Both the position numbers and the translations under genes were made by a program. A stretch of 64,000 nucleotides of DNA from Azolla caroliniana (taxonomy: Eukaryota > Plantae > Polypodiophyta). A model generated the notes under the pieces. That model saw nothing but the letters and a program-made list of their open reading frames with translations. It was not told the origin of the DNA and ran no database searches. Where the stretch lies: NCBI GenBank assembly GCA_043228905.1, contig JBHGNT010000004.1:5022001-5086000 (forward strand), written 5' to 3'. This document shows, piece by piece, positions 26,267-40,965 of the stretch (the first letter of the stretch is position 1; each line of letters begins with the position of its first letter).

Positions 26267-29200
26267 AGCAGAGAATGCATTTGGTTGAGCGCTGAGAGCA
26301 GCACAGTTTCAATCTCAAACTGCTGCTGTCTCCGAAACAAAGAAAGAACTGGAGAGAGCAAAAAAGAAAGAAAGCAGAAAAAGCAAAAAAAGCAAAACCC
26401 GAAAAGCATTTTGCAATTTGCATTCGTCCACAAAGATCTGCTTTTCTCCGTTTGCGTTTTGCTTTCCTTCGTGTTTGGGAGAGGAGGAAAGGGGCATTTT
26501 AGAGTAAATTATCAATTCGTATGGATGAGATGGGAGGAGGAAGAGGAAGAGGAAGAGGAGGGTATTTATGCGATTAATTATAAGAAGAAGATGAATGAAT
26601 GAATGAATGATCTGTCTCCACCCCCTCCCCCCCCCCCCCCCTCATAAGTGTCTCGGCGCATCATCGGCACACTTTGCTCTGCTTGCGCTATATACGAAAC
26701 ACAAGCACACACACTCGATTGTTTGATGCCCCGAGAGGAGAACTCTCTCGTCTTACTGCCTCTCCTCCTTCTCGAGACTCGCCATTCCTTGTTACGGTCC
26801 AGCACTCGCCTCGTCTTCCCCCTGGTCTGTAGACTCGACAGGATGGTTCCACTAGAACCAGGACGAATGCCCCCCCCCCCCCCCCCCCCACCATTGAGGT
26901 AGGTAGTATTCACTTTAAGACATGATTCGCACCATGCATTCTTGAGGACATATACCTAGATGGATTATGTCCTCGAGCCAGTTGAATGTGCTCTCGCCAA
27001 TCCTCACCCCTTGTGTATTCAGAGCTCCCTATGAAAGGTGGAACATGGTTCGCATGCCTTTGAAGAGCATCTTTCTCTTAGTAAATACACTCGTGCATCG
27101 TTTACATATATTTATTACTTCGGGTAGCCATCTCTATTATCACAATGCAACCCTGTTAGCTGTGTATTGTCTTTGCCTTGTCTACCTTCTTGATGCCTGA
27201 GTGTTTCTATGCCTTGTATACATTTTTCATGCCTTGAGGCATAGATCACTTCTCGCACATGTGGCCACATTCAAGATGTTTGGCATGGTCTTGCTTGATC
27301 AAGGTGTTGAGGTAGAGGGGCAAGTCTTGTTGGGTTGGATCAGGGTCAATTGGGTGGTGATTTAGGAAGATCTTTATAGAAACATGAATTTTGGGCATTG
27401 CATCAAGGTAATGATAATATTTTCAAGCCTTGGGGCAAAGTATATGTGTGCAGTGTCTTCAACTACAAATATAAGATTTTGTATAATGTATGCAACATGA
27501 AAGCATTTGTTTTAGACTTCCAACTTGAACAATGAAGGTTGCAAATCACAAGCTTCGCCTCTACAACACCATTTTCATATATTTAGCTCGATAGTTTTGA
27601 CAAGCAACGTTGCAACCCAAGAATAAACTACTAAGTAAGAATGATTGCATATAATTGCTAGGGATGTATGAAAGATCTTATATCACTTGTTTGATTAAGC
27701 ATTTTGCATTGAATTGTTACATGTAGTGTCATGTTGATTTGATGGTGGTGATCATTGTTCTTTGAGCTATGAGGTTTATATATTGCTTCTTGGCGATGGT
27801 TTTTCTTACGGTATCATGCACCAAACAACTTTCTCTTTCGTTTGCAAAGTTCATTTTCCATACATTGTAAACAAAGTGAAGCCAATTTTAGGACCAATCT
27901 AATGAAACCTGTTTTTAGGTTGTGAAAAATGTCAACGTCAAAATTGGTAGGACCAAATTGTCACTATGCACGATCTGGAACTAAGATCATGATCACTTTT
28001 ATTATTATAATGAAATGCATCATCAATTACCAAAGCCTAGAACCATCACTTTCATAAATTGCTAAAAAATGGATTTCCATGTGCTTCTTCCTCTAATCAA
28101 TCAATTATGACGACATTGAAAATCTCTTATGTGACCAATACTTTCACGTTGATCTTGAGCATTGTGATTTTTCTTGTATCTGAAATAAAATAAACATAAC
28201 TTGGACTCAAACGATTAAATTTCAATTAAAACGCAACAAGATGCAGTGTATGTAGGATGTGTTCGAAGACAATATTGACAAGTATGCCATGGCTCTCATG
28301 TTGTTAACTAATAGTGTCATGAGATTCTTCAAGAAAGGTGTGAGGAGGGCCATTCCATGGAGGTCCTAGATGAGGGAAGGTGTCATTGTCACCTTTGTAG
28401 TTAGACGTGGAAGTCGACCGTTGTAAGTAGACACGTGAGCGTTCTCTTGACAATTCCTCTTTCTTGGTATGTGCAATGGGCACTCAAGCTCACTTTCATG
28501 GATGTGCGCCATTATATACCTGTATATATAAAAATATGTATGTGTGCTTTTACGAGTAAGTGGTTGCACGAGATAGTATGTGTATGGGCAAATGTGTGCG
28601 TCGGCATAAACATATATTGGCTAAATTGTGTTTGTGTGTATGTTTGAAAATGCATGTGTATTGTAATTTGTAGTTATATGTATGTGCATGTTTTTATCTA
28701 CGTAAAATAGGAATGCGCGAGTGTTTGATGTTTATGTGAGCATGTATTTGAGTGTAGATGTGAACATATAGTTTTTCAAGTGTGTCTCTTCTATATATGC
28801 GTTTATTTTTATGAATAAATACGCATGTGTGGTTATTGTGTGTGTAATTCTATGTATGTACATTTGTGTGTGCCTAATAAAATGTTCTTGTTTTTATAAA
28901 AAGAAGGAAATAACATGTTCTCTAATAGTGTATGTAGGTAATGTTCTTCACATTGAGTTGCTCGAAAGAATGATCTCGAGTGGCAGCTTGACAAGTGGCC
29001 CAATTAGGCCTTGTTTGGTGATGGTTTTCATGGTTCTGATTTGTTGTATACTTTATAGTTCTTACTTGAACCCTTTGGCTTCCCAAACACACCCTAATTA
29101 TTCCCTCCAACATTTGCCTATGAACGTTCACACAATTAGGTTGATCACATCTTATTCACAAGGTTGAAGTAGGCCACTTGCGTGGTTTAGGTGCAAAGCA

Positions 29201-31019
29201 AACCTAGTCACCCAAGCAACCATAATAAAGACATACCATGATAATGTGTGCAATCTCCCGGTTGATCAATCATGATAAATAATCTTAGCACAATTGACAA
29301 AGATTAATAAAATTAAATTGTGCATTGTGGTCATAAAACCATGTGTCAAGCAATCTTAAGTTTTGTTTTAATATGATAATACACTAGATTGTATTGATTA
29401 CACAACGGAGTATGATTAAGACATGATGAAGCGAGGATATAATGTTGTATGTTATGATCAATGACAACTTGAGGCTTAAGTTCAAAGGAGGGTTAGGTTT
29501 TGTTAAATAGATAAAAAGATATCAAGGATAGAGAGCTCCCGGTTAAGGCAAATTTTAAAAAAATGGAGTAAAAGCTTACATTTCACTTTTATATTTTTTT
29601 GTACGCAACTAATTTCAAAATTGACCCTTTTACATTCCTTGACATCATGCTCTTCTCATAAGGGTGTCTTTATTGTGGTCGTGCTCTAATGTCTGGGAAG
29701 TCTTCAATGTTGGTTGTCACATACCAAGTGACTGACATGTTTGTAATGAGGTTGGCAGATTACATTGAAGATCATAATTTCAATTATGAAGTGCAAAGTG
29801 AGGATTTGGCTCAAGAAAAAAAGTAGATGCGTGTGTATGAGTGAAGTCATCTAAAGCAAAAGATTTGGAGTGTGGGTGCAACTGTTGGCAAGCATATTGG
29901 TAGGGAAAGCACACAATAGAAACATCGGATGAAATCCATATTTTGTTTGAGTCATAATATTTGAAGGGAAATTTTTTTATGAATAAAATGGAGAGGGGGC
30001 TAGTACATGTGAACAGGTGGAAAATACATTCCTCGTTCATAGACAAACAACTTTGTAAAATGCCATGTCAAAACAAAACATGACAAATGTTATACTTTTT
30101 AAGGATAATGGTGTATGCATAGCTATATACTAGTTATCTATTGTTGCGACAATCCATAATGTAAGGTTTCTAGCTAGTAGATATCATGGTTTAGAAATAA
30201 ATAGCATATAAATTTCTTGAACTTGATCGGAGGGAGATTCCCCGATCTATGTTTAAGCCTCCTTGTACTATCTCTTTGTAATAATCCTACCTAACTAATG
30301 GGAAAGTAGCTTCATTTTGGAAAGAAAAAAAAATAGCATATAAATTTTTTTATGCAATATGTAGAGCATTATATTATTCCATATCTTCTTAGTCTTGAGT
30401 TATGACTTTTAGGTTTTAAGCTCACAACTAGTGGGAGAAGGTAAAAGGATTGATAATCACAAAAGCTGGAGAAAGAGATAGTAGAATAGATCAAATAAAT
30501 TCTAGAATACCATATTTATATACGTGGAGGAAACTAAAACGAACCATGTGTGAGACAAAAGAGCAAACATATTCTCGACCATAAAGAAAAAAGGTGTATA
30601 AACCAAATATACAACCATAGGGAAATTGATTGAATAGACGTAGTCCTTGTTCACACCTAGAGATTAACATGGTGTATAAATACATATGACATCCAAGTGC
30701 ATCTCGCTCAATATATTACAAATCCTCGATGATGTTGTAGTGAACGAAATAACAAATGATTGGGTAGATTGGGAGAAAAACAAAATGATGGATGAGAAAC
30801 AATGGGGAAGGAGAGAAATTTATTACTTTGGAAGTAGCAAAAATTAACATGGAACACTTGGACATACCAATTCCAATTTAAATAGTGTATCACTTGAAGA
30901 GAATCCAACTCAGAAAAGGTAAATGATTGATTAAGAGAAATTCATGAACACACGTTACTATTTGTTCCCCACATATGCATAGAAGTGAACAATAGCGCAT
31001 TGAAGTTTAACACCTTGTT

Positions 31020-31600
31020 GGATTTAAGATGTTTTGCTTGAAATGTTTTACCATAGGCAACATTCTCATAATTTTGTTTTCTTGGTTTTATAGTGCAGCG
31101 CGACAATGTATTCAAATGTGTTGGAGTGGAACATGGTACAAACTCTAGTTTTTTTGAGGAGATATGGATGTTGGTGGCATGCTTCTCGGGTCTGGCACAT
31201 TTGGACCAGACGATGTATGTTTGTTTTCCAGCAACGAAAACTCCCAAGCGGTGAGGTGTTGCTAAACATTTGGTTTGAGCTGGTATCTTGGCTGCATGGA
31301 CAATACAACTTGATTGAAGGGAACTCGGATGAAGCAAAAAGGGCTAAGGTCGAAGTTTTTGCTAAAATGGGGTCGTTCTCCTACGATGATAAATTCAGCG
31401 TCATGGCCTAAATGGAACTACCAAGCACCGAGATGGTTGTTTCCGCCATTGGCTTCCATGTGTGGACAAGAGTTGTAAATATGTGGTCACTATGTACAAA
31501 GTGTTAGCGGGATACTTTTGTTGTAAATAGTAGGGTTGGGACTATGCTGTTTTGATTATGGCTGCTCATTGATGTACTTCTTTTGCTAACTAATGGGAAT
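31020..31600 (+). mobile_element. Degenerate L1-type LINE 3' fragment
   Basis: VWHIWTRRCMFVFQQ...LLNIWFELVSWLHGQY parallels the LINE C-terminus at 2660-2800 (LWILWKQRCRRVFS...LQEIWSEIVATLKSQY). Boundaries are approximate. Confidence 0.6.
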
Positions 31601-33735
31601 TATTGATGTTTGATGGCATCATTATCATGACGAAGATCAATTACATATGAAGATGTTTTGTGAGGAATACAAAATTGGACTTTGAAGAATACAAAGAATA
31701 GCAAAATTGGATGTGTCAACATAATGCTAATCAATGAATATGCCTTGATTTATGCGTATAAATATAATAATCATATTGTATTATGTGGTCATTTTTGTGG
31801 TAGACTACATCATCTTTCTATGATGTGAGGGGTTTTTGAGCAAATTTTTCATTTGCTTTCTCATACATGGCAAGCTAAGAAAAAACAATTACATGATGTA
31901 TTTTTATAAAATTGGATTTATTAGAAAAGGGCTTATATATGTGTATTTGGACAATTAACACACTTCCCTGAATGTGAATGCCCATCTAAGGCGAGAAATT
32001 TGCCATTCCAATAAGAATGTTGTGTCTTACCATAAAAGCACATGTCTCACGAAGTTGTTGGTCGCACGTCAAATCCATATGTTGATTAAGTGCCACAAAA
32101 ATGCAATGACATTTTCTCTCTTGCTCTTAATTGCTCTCCTATTTATGAGTGATTAGTTGAATGACATGATACAATTGTTTGGTAGACACACTAGTCATAT
32201 CCCATGTCCTCGTTGCATTGTATGATAATATCTTGATCCATTATTGAAATCTACTTTGAAAAGAGAGCATACATAATTGGAATAAAATGACATTTCATAC
32301 AATTATTTTGGATTATAATACATAGCATGATTATCAATGTTTGTGTGGCTATGGATGTTGTTACATGGTGCAAGATCATAAGGTAAAGAGCAGGAGAGTG
32401 ACAACTGCGCAAAGGAAATCCATTCGTCTATTAGAAAATGGTTGTAAACTTTATGACATCTCCCCTTGACTATAAGTGGATGATGTAATTAACAATGGAC
32501 ATGGAGATGAGTTGGACATTTTGCTTTATTTGGGAGAAAAATAAAACAAAAATATGCATGTTGTTGAATGACACCCAACGCACTCAATATCATGTACACT
32601 AAATCTCTGTGTGTAGATCATGTATTCATCCAAGTAATTTTTTTGTAACAGTCAAATAAATTGAATATTTTACGAGAAATTCTCGGTGGATAACTATTCC
32701 AATTTTAATGCACATGTACATATTGCAGGTATTAATATCCCCATTGAGAAAGTTTTGACGTGGCATTGTTATATGGTTGATTCCTTCCTTAGAACAATGT
32801 ATCCTTTTTGGCGAATATAAATTTCATTTATGCATATAACCACTATAGATATGAAGGGCAAAGCTACATGAAAAACCTAGTAGGTAATGCTTAACGTAAT
32901 AAGATGTCTTATTGATCCACATTTACTTCTCCTTGTTTCTAAATAAAAAATTTGAATCCTGGATTAATGAAATATGAAAGGGAACTTTGTGTGCAAAATA
33001 AATTCCATCTAACTTCTAAGCAATGATGTGGTTATTCCCTTATCAAAGTATGTTAGAGAACTATATGGGGGTTTTAACAATAAGGTAGAACAAAAATGCC
33101 CTTGGTAACGAGCGTCGAGGGGTTTGAAACTTGGGTTATGGTTCATGGACTCATGAGGAATATGTCAGGGCCAACTTTATAACTTTGTGCTCACCAAAGG
33201 AATGAATATTCCTAGTTTCAATCATTTTCCTTCTAAATCTCCCATAAACATCAAGATAGAGTTATCATGTCATAGGATATCCAATGTCATATTCTAAAGT
33301 ACAAACTAATTAATGATAGCAAAGGCAGCCTATTGAGGCCATTCTCTTAGCTACCATCTTGCACAATTCACACATTCATTTATAGCATTTTTCTCGACCT
33401 AGTTACAACAACAATCTCCCTTATGTTTATGGCGGACCTCCAAATCAATGTTTGATTTTTTGGGGTTTTCCAATAAGTTTTTTCTTTTTCTAAAATCTAC
33501 CATAAGTGCAATTTTCGAGTTCTAAGTTCTAACTTGAAACTAAAAGGACATTTTCAAACATATATGTGTAGAATATGTAGTCTAATCTTGGGGTTTTTTG
33601 AACTGTGAATTTCTTCTTTGAATTCAACTTTGTCATGATATGTAATATGAGGGCACAAATAAATGTTGGTAAATGTAAGCACTATGTGCTATTGTTAAAT
33701 AATTAGGTAATTAACTAAGGGATAATTAGTATCTA

Positions 33736-35012
33736 ATTATGTGAGTAGTTAATCACGTATGTGATTAAGCAACTGAAGATTATGTGATATATGTGTGTGA
33801 GAGAAAGAGAAAGAGGAAGTTATACTTATGAATAATAAGACAAATGGGGGATGATTAACAAGATTGTAGCTAGATAACCTTTCTCTATATTAATAAGCAT
33901 CAAAATACAAAAATACCCACAATGAGGTATATATAGATCTCATGTGCAAGGGTGCACATGTGTGAGGATAATACAGGTACAAAGATGTAAGTCCTATATT
34001 AAATGTATTTAGGAGTGGAGGATCTAGAATGTATCCCACTTAAGTACAAGGTCCCATTTAAGGCGTTAAGGTCAACACACTAACTAGATTCTATTTATGT
34101 AACTACTAAGTTACATTGACAGAACTAAACCTAGTTGAGCTTGATATCTCAACACGCCCCCTCAAGCTCAAGTGTGAGGCGTCCGATGTCCGATTTGATT
34201 ATCGACGTTGTCGGCTTCCGTCTGTCTTTCGACTCATGTCGGATCCTGTTCGGCTTCCGACTTTCTTTGGCCTTTCTGCAACAGTTTTGGTTCCTCCCCC
34301 TCAAGCCTGTGACGAAGGCTTGTAGTGTTAAATGGTTGAAGGTTGAGTGCTTGCATCTTTGCATCCATGGCTTCCATCTTTGGGGGTTACGAGCCACTTC
34401 TGTAAAGGTTTCGGGTTCTTGTTCGACTGTGTCCTTCATCATGAAGGCATAATGATGGGCCATATACTCGTTGTAGCCGAACTGAGTGACTGGGTTCTTC
34501 TCTCTTGATGAGTGTCGAAGTTTTTCTTTAGTCGATATGAGCGCCTTCTTTATGCCAAGTGTCTGCATAATGGATACACCAAACTCACTATCGAGTGAGT
34601 GAGCCGACACATCCGAATCACTTTCATTGGGGTGATCGACTTCATATTCGGGCATCTTACCTTTGCCTTTGTCCAATCTGCCCCATGGTTGAGATGTGCA
34701 TGGAATGCTTGATGGCTCGTGTGGTCCACTAAGCTCGGTAGAGCTTGGACTGTCCTTTGGCAAAGGACTTGGCCAAATATCGTCATTCGAGTTGACATCC
34801 AACTCTTCCTCAGTCGGTTCTGATGGAGCCGAACCGGTCTCATACCAAGATGCTAATTCATCAAAGACTACGTCTCGACTTACCCTAACCGCTTGAGTCG
34901 AAGGGTTGAAACACTTGTATCCCTTTTGCTCGGATGAGTATCCTATGAGGATACATTTCTCTGACTTCGGGTTGAGCTTCTATTGTTTTTTGTTCGGGGT
35001 GTGTACATACGT
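33736..35012 (-). mobile_element. Outer Ty1/copia remnant: 3' LTR (~33736-34154), PPT and a deleted integrase-end fragment
   Basis: The minus-strand PPT TTGAGGGGGCG abuts TGTTGA at 34154. Peptides YVHTP..KLNPKSEKCILIGYSSEQKGYKCFNP...SRDVVFDE (copia post-integrase SH3-like region) and EPETFTE are present. RT is missing. Confidence 0.8.
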
Positions 35013-35094
35013 TGTCGGGAAAATCCTTCATTATGTGCGGATTGCGAGGCGGAACCGCCGGGGTTCTAGACTAGAAGGATTTAGTGCAACACGT

Positions 35095-38000
35095 TGTCGC
35101 GTTGTTACGCGCGTGCGTGGAGAAAGGCGGGACCACGAGGGTCTTGGACTAGAGAGTGATGGAGCGTACGAAGTCGTGCTTCACTGTTTCTGGGGCATCC
35201 CAGAAACACACCGGAAGCAACCGAAGGGAGAGAGAGAGAGCGTGCTTAACACCGACTCACGCACACACACACACGCACACACAGCCCAACCCGGCTCACG
35301 CCTTATGTACAGAAAATGCAGGAAAGGGTAAGCACCCGACACCAACAACGACACGAATATACACAGACAAACGTATATATATATATATATAAAAAGGGAA
35401 GAATACATTCCCGGCGTTGAGCCGGACTGAGGTAGGTTACAGTAGTCGTCTGCTGTCAAGCCGCCGTCGGGGAGCTCTCAGCTCGTCGCGCCGAGCGGGG
35501 TCTTGCACAGGAGGCCGAACCAAAGCAAACCCTAAGCAAAACACAAAGAAGGAGGAGGAGAAGAAGAAACCTAACTCTAAACCTAACGGTATACCCTCTA
35601 ATGCAAAATGGGCAACCCTTTCACAAAGGGCGTTCCCTTCCTTTTATAGAACAAGGAGAGGGATGCGTTACAATGTGGGATAAATCCCGACTTACATGGG
35701 ATCGTCTGTCCCGACTTGACTACTCTTCGGCGCCATAAAGGCGCCCTCGTTATTCACACTAAATGTACATGGGTGCGTACACACGCTGCACCCCGCCGAT
35801 GTAGCCAATGTTTCCCGGTTTCCGCCTCTGGCCGAAATTCTTCACGACATCCGCCCCCACCTAACTGCACGTCCACCGGTACGTGCCAAATCTGGTTGAA
35901 GGGTGAGAGATTTCGGCCGACGAGAAACCGGTCTTCCGTGATCCGCATCCTGGCTCGCTGCTGGTTTGATCCGTCGGCTTCGATTCTTCCTTCGCGCTTA
36001 CCTCCTCGTAGGCTCATTCGACCCGTCGAGGGGTCCTTTGCCGCGATCTCCGTAGTACGCGTACTTTCGCTGGCCCTTGTTCGGCCGTATGAACGCCCCG
36101 CTTCCCGCCATATGCCCGATGTCCTCCGCTTGAGGCATGCCCGTAGTGGCCCGCTTGGCCCTTCCCGTCTTCGTGCTGCTGCAGTAGGTCCTAAGTCTTC
36201 CGCTTGCCGTCATCCCCTCGCCCCCACCAGCTTGTCACCCCGGGCTTGCCATGTTAGTCTTTGCTACTTTGACGGAGCTCCCGAGATCTACGAAGCGAGT
36301 GTGGAGGATCCTCCTCCGGCCTCTCTTGCCATCCCCTGACTTCGACCTGATATAGTCCACTAGGCACCTGTCACCTCGTTCCCGGCATCTCTCTTGTGCC
36401 GTCTTCCGCTTCCTTCGTTCGGCACCGCCTGTGCCGAACACTGTCCCTTAGTCACGCTTTGATCCGGCCCGCTGGCCACTTGTGAGACTCTTATTCCGTC
36501 CCAGGTGTGCCTTTCCGGCCCCACACACCTCCCTGTGTTTGCCCCTACCGGCTCCTTCTGAAACCGTGATCGGCCGGTGAGGGTTTCGCACTTCGTCCGT
36601 CCGTCTTACCGGCTCCCTATCCACTACCTCGTGTTGTCGGGTCTCGTTCCCTACCGCCACCAACCTTCTCTCTCGGTCTCATGTTGCCACGTTGGCCGAA
36701 CTGCCGGAGTCTCCGGATCGGTGTGAGGGTCCCATAGGACCGGACTCCGTTTCTATGCTTGCCGAAATTCGGGTGTCTTTTGTTTGAGTCCCTCCCGGAC
36801 TCTCCTCGTGTCTTCCGCGTAGTCAGGTCCCGTTTCCCGCCGCCACCAACCTTCTCTCTCGGTCTCATGTTGCCACGTTGGCCGAACTGCCGGAGTCTCT
36901 GGTTAAGTGTGGGGATCCCGTAGGACCGGACTTCCTTACACCCATAGCCTTCGTCACCTCACCGCCACCGTCAGTATCTTGGTCTTACGTCGACCGCGTT
37001 GCCGACTGCCGAAGTCTCTAGAACCGGTGTGAAGGATCCTCCGTAGACCGCCCATCCGTAGCCCTTGCCTTCGTCACCTCGCCGCCACCGTGAGTATCTT
37101 GGTCTTACGTCGACCGCGTTGCCGACTGCCGAAGTCTCCAGAACCGGTGTGAAGGATCCTCTGTAGGCCTCCGATTTGTCTTCCTGACCCTGTCCTGGGT
37201 CGTCCTTTTCCGCATGCCGAGAGGGCGGTTTACTCCGCACCCTCTCCCGTGGTACCGACGTACCGTGTCCTCGGCCTCTTCGTAGGCCTGCTCTCTTCCT
37301 CCCTCCCGGAATGGTCGCCCGGGAGTCCGCTCCGCCCGGTTCTTCTCCGGGTCCGTTCGTCCTTCTCCGGATTGCCGAGTCCCGTTCTCCTGTCGCCACC
37401 GATCTCCCTTATAGGACTCACGCCGACACTCAAGCCTGCAGCCGGATCGGTGTAAGGAATCCCATAGGACCGGCTTTCATTCTCTTTCCAACTCTCGACC
37501 TTCGCCCGGTCGGTCTTTCTCCCCATGTAAAAGAGGGCGGCTCGTCCCGCACCCTCTTCCGTTTCGGCACTTTCATGCCGAATCCGGCCCCGATCGAACG
37601 ATCCATGACCCAATTCTGCTCCATACGAATCGGAATGCCGATCTTCTCGTGCCGCTTCCATCCTCGGCCTCCTCGTAGGCCGTTTCCCATCCGTCTTCGC
37701 TGGCATCATGCCAGGACTCCTCGGTACCGCCATCCATCTCCTCGGTCTTACATGGGCATACGGGCCGGAATGCCGAGTTCTCCGGAATCGGGTCCGTGGG
37801 CTTTCATCCGCTCCTTCCTCGTATCGTCTCGCCGGTGATTCTTGGCCTTTCGCCGCCGCCTTCCTCCGCTTGGGGCTCACGTGGGCACTCGGGCCCGACT
37901 GCCATCGTCTCGGGAGCAAGTGTGGGAAGACACAAAGAATCGCCCGTCCGTTTTACGCCCTTGTCCGTAGCCACCGACTCTTCGTGGTCGGCGGTCATCT

Positions 38001-39811
38001 TCTTACCGATCGCGCAAGCCCCGTCTGGGCTTGCTTCTCCAATGACCGGGGTTTCAGGCTGACACGCCCGAAACCGCTGGTCCCAACTATCCGGTTCTGC
38101 GATCAGTATCTCGGCCTCGTCCTCGGCCGTTCTATCTCCGCAAGTTGAGAGGGCGTTTTGTTCCGCACCCTCTCCCGTGGTACCGTGGTACCGTGGTACC
38201 GATCTTCCGCCGTCGCGTGGGGCAAGTCGGTCTCCTCAGTCTCGGCTTGCGGCCTCCGTCTTTCCTCTTCCTTGAGCATCGCCTCGAGAGCCGCGTACGC
38301 CTCCGCAATCCTGGCCCCAACGCCGACCCTTGCCGACTCTCTTTGCCGTTCGGCCTCTTCCCGTTGTGATGGCACGCCGTCGCGTACCTTCCTCTTAGCC
38401 TTCTCGGCTCGCTCATTGTCTAGCCGTTGGCACACCCTTCCGACCTTCGACCAGTCCTCCATAAGCCCATTCGCTCCATCATCGTCTTCGAGCTCAATCC
38501 CGATGGCCTCCCGTTCCGCTCGGTCGATCGACTTGACGAACAATAGGACCTTGTCCGCCCCCACCAAACCTTGTTCCCGCTCTGGGAGCCGAGCAAGCCG
38601 TCGCTCGAACTCTCAGAACGCCTTGGTCACGCCCCGATGGGTCTTTGCCGATGCTACCCACTGGTCGAAGTCGTGTCGTCCCCGACTCTTCCGCCGTCCT
38701 CCGTATGCCTTCGGGAGCGCCTCTTCGAAGGCCTCCCACGAACTATGAGCCTCACGGAGCTCCTTTATTTCCGCATGCATCCGGACAGCCATGACTCGAC
38801 AGAAGAACTCCAGCCTCAACGCCTCGTCTACGCCACGCTCCTCCATTTCCGCGTTGTAGGCTTCCAAGTAAGATGGGACTTTGTCCCTGTTGAAACGGCC
38901 AACTCTTTCGACCACTCGCTCAATTGCTTGTTGCGCTGCTTCTCGCCTCATCACCACTCGTGCCGACTCCAACACCACCTCGGCCAACATCTCCGCAAGG
39001 TCGTCGTCTTCTGACTCCATCCTCCCTTGCCGCCTTTCACGTCGGGTTCACCAAAGATGTCGCGTTGTTACGCGCGTGCGTGGAGAAAGGCAGGACCACG
39101 GGGGTCTTGGACTAGAGAGTGATGGAGCGTACGAAGTCGTGCTTCACTGTTTCTGGGGCATCCCAGAAGCACACCGGAAGCAACCGAAGGGAGAGAGAGA
39201 GAGCGTGCTTAACACCGACTCACGCACACACACACACGCACACACAGCCCAACCCGGCTCACGCCTTATGTACAGAAAACGCAGGAGAGGGCAAGCACCC
39301 GACACCAACAACGACACAAATATACACAGACAAACGTATATATATATATATATATAAAGGGAAGAATACATTCCCGGCATCGAGCCGGACTGAGGTAGGT
39401 TACAGTAGTCGTCTGCTGTCAAGCCGCCGTCGGGGAGCTCTCAGCTCGTCGCGCCGAGCGGGGTCTTGCACAGGAGGCCGAACCAAAGCAAACCCTAAGC
39501 AAAACACGAAGAAGGAGAAGAAGAAGAAGAAACCTAACTCTAAACCTAACGGTATACCCTCTAATGCAAAATGGGCAACCCTTTCACAAAGGGCGTTCCC
39601 TTCCTTTTATAGAACAAGGAGAGGGATGCGTTACAATGTGGGATAAATCCCGACTTACATGGGATCGTCTGTCCCGACTTGACTACTCTTCGGCGCCATA
39701 AAGGCGCCCTCGTTATTCACACTAAATGTACATGGGTGCGTACACACGCTGCACCCCGCCGATGTAGCCAATGTTTCCCGGTTTCCGCCTCTGGCCGAAA
39801 TTCTTCACGAC
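35095..39811 (-). mobile_element. Non-autonomous gag-only LTR retrotransposon 'Y1' with tRNA-Trp PBS
   Basis: LTRs 35095-35849 and 39058-39811 (~755 bp, near identical, TGTCGCG...CACGACA). PPT at 35850-35860. The PBS at 39036-39053 reads TTCACGTCGGGTTCACCA on +, identical to the 3' end of plant tRNA-Trp(CCA) as recalled. No RT or IN motifs were seen. Confidence 0.88.
38103..39020 (-). pseudogene. Frameshifted gag-like ORF of Y1
   Basis: ATG at 39020 just after the PBS. RFNRDKVPSYLEAYNAEM...LRLEFFCRV...SWEAFEEAL and DKVLLFVKSID are homologous to the Y2 ORF 47425-48633. Confidence 0.65.
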
Positions 39812-40965
39812 GGGAAAATCCTTCATTATGTGCGGATTGCGAGGCGGAACCGCTGGGGTTCTAGACTAGAAGGATTTAGTGCAACACGTACAACACAAGC
39901 AAAATTCACATATAAGACGAGTAGACGAGAGAAAATGTTCGTTTATTGCATAAGAAAATAGATTCTTTTATAAATCAAGAATCTTGTTACAATGGGCTGG
40001 GGATGAAAATGAGAGATAAATTTTTTAAAGAAAGGAGCCAACAACCATATAAGGAGTGGTCTAATATGAATATGAGAGATTATCCTTGAAAGGAAGGAGC
40101 CAACAACCATGTAAGGAGTGGTCCGATATCAATATGAAAGAGAATTCTTCCCCCAAGGAATGGGAGAGAGAAGAAGAAGAAAAAGAAAAAAAAGTAGAGG
40201 GAAAAAAATGGAACATATATTTAGCTCTTTGTTGATCCTCCTTCCCAATGTTACTTTGCATGTCCACTTTTAGTTGCATGGCCTCTATTTTTAGTTGCAT
40301 GCCTTTTACTTTTAGTTGCATGCGACCGTTCGTATAATTTGGCCAAATGACCCAATCATCCATAAAGTTTAGCCCGTGCGTAATCTGTACGTACGTTGCA
40401 ACCAAACCGTAGACGCGTTCGCACGCAAAAGTCCCGACCATGCTGTGTACGCATCCGTGCGCTCGTTCACACACACGCGTCCGCGCGCAAAACTCCCGAG
40501 CGCGCCGTACACACACGTTCGTCCGAAATGTCCACGCGGCCGTGCACGCGTACACCCAAAACTTGCACACGCGCACACATCCGAAAACGTCCACGTGGCC
40601 ATGCACACGCGCACATGCCCAAACCATGCACACCTCACAATGTAGCCCAAGTCGCCTTGAACATTCGATGCTCCACACATTGATAGAATGAATATGTTTT
40701 GGTTTCCCTTATATATCCTGGGTTCCAATGTTGTCCTATCTATGTGGGATATCTCAGAGTTTTGTCTTTTCTTTCTTCTTCTTCAAACTTCACACTCACA
40801 TAACTTGATACTTGTTTATCTGTTTCATGCGTAGTAAAATACGATATGAAGCTCTTGAAGACATCTATTTATATGAATACATTAAGCTAATCTTAAATAA
40901 TTGTTTTGATAGTTTTCATATCGTGTGTGAAAAACCACATCACTCGGGTTTAGTACAGGCTACGA

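Larger units (their letters stand above)
35013..40965. mobile_element. LTR-like element 'X' starting TGTCGGGAAAA, interrupted by Y1
   Basis: The copia frame breaks exactly at ACGT|TGTCGG (35012/35013). The sequence continues at 39811-~40965 after Y1. The right end is not resolved and there is no coding signature. Confidence 0.45.

Noticed and set aside
35716-38100. Many overlapping 100-230 aa ORFs on both strands (likewise 44750-47800)
   Set aside because: Expected in GC-rich repetitive LTR-element interior. No recognisable domains.
39036-39053. tRNA-Trp gene
   Set aside because: Only the 3' 18 nt including CCA are present, adjacent to an LTR. This is a PBS.
40061-40728. 205-aa Cys/Arg/Val-rich ORF
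   Set aside because: Translation of low-complexity CA/CG-rich sequence in element X.
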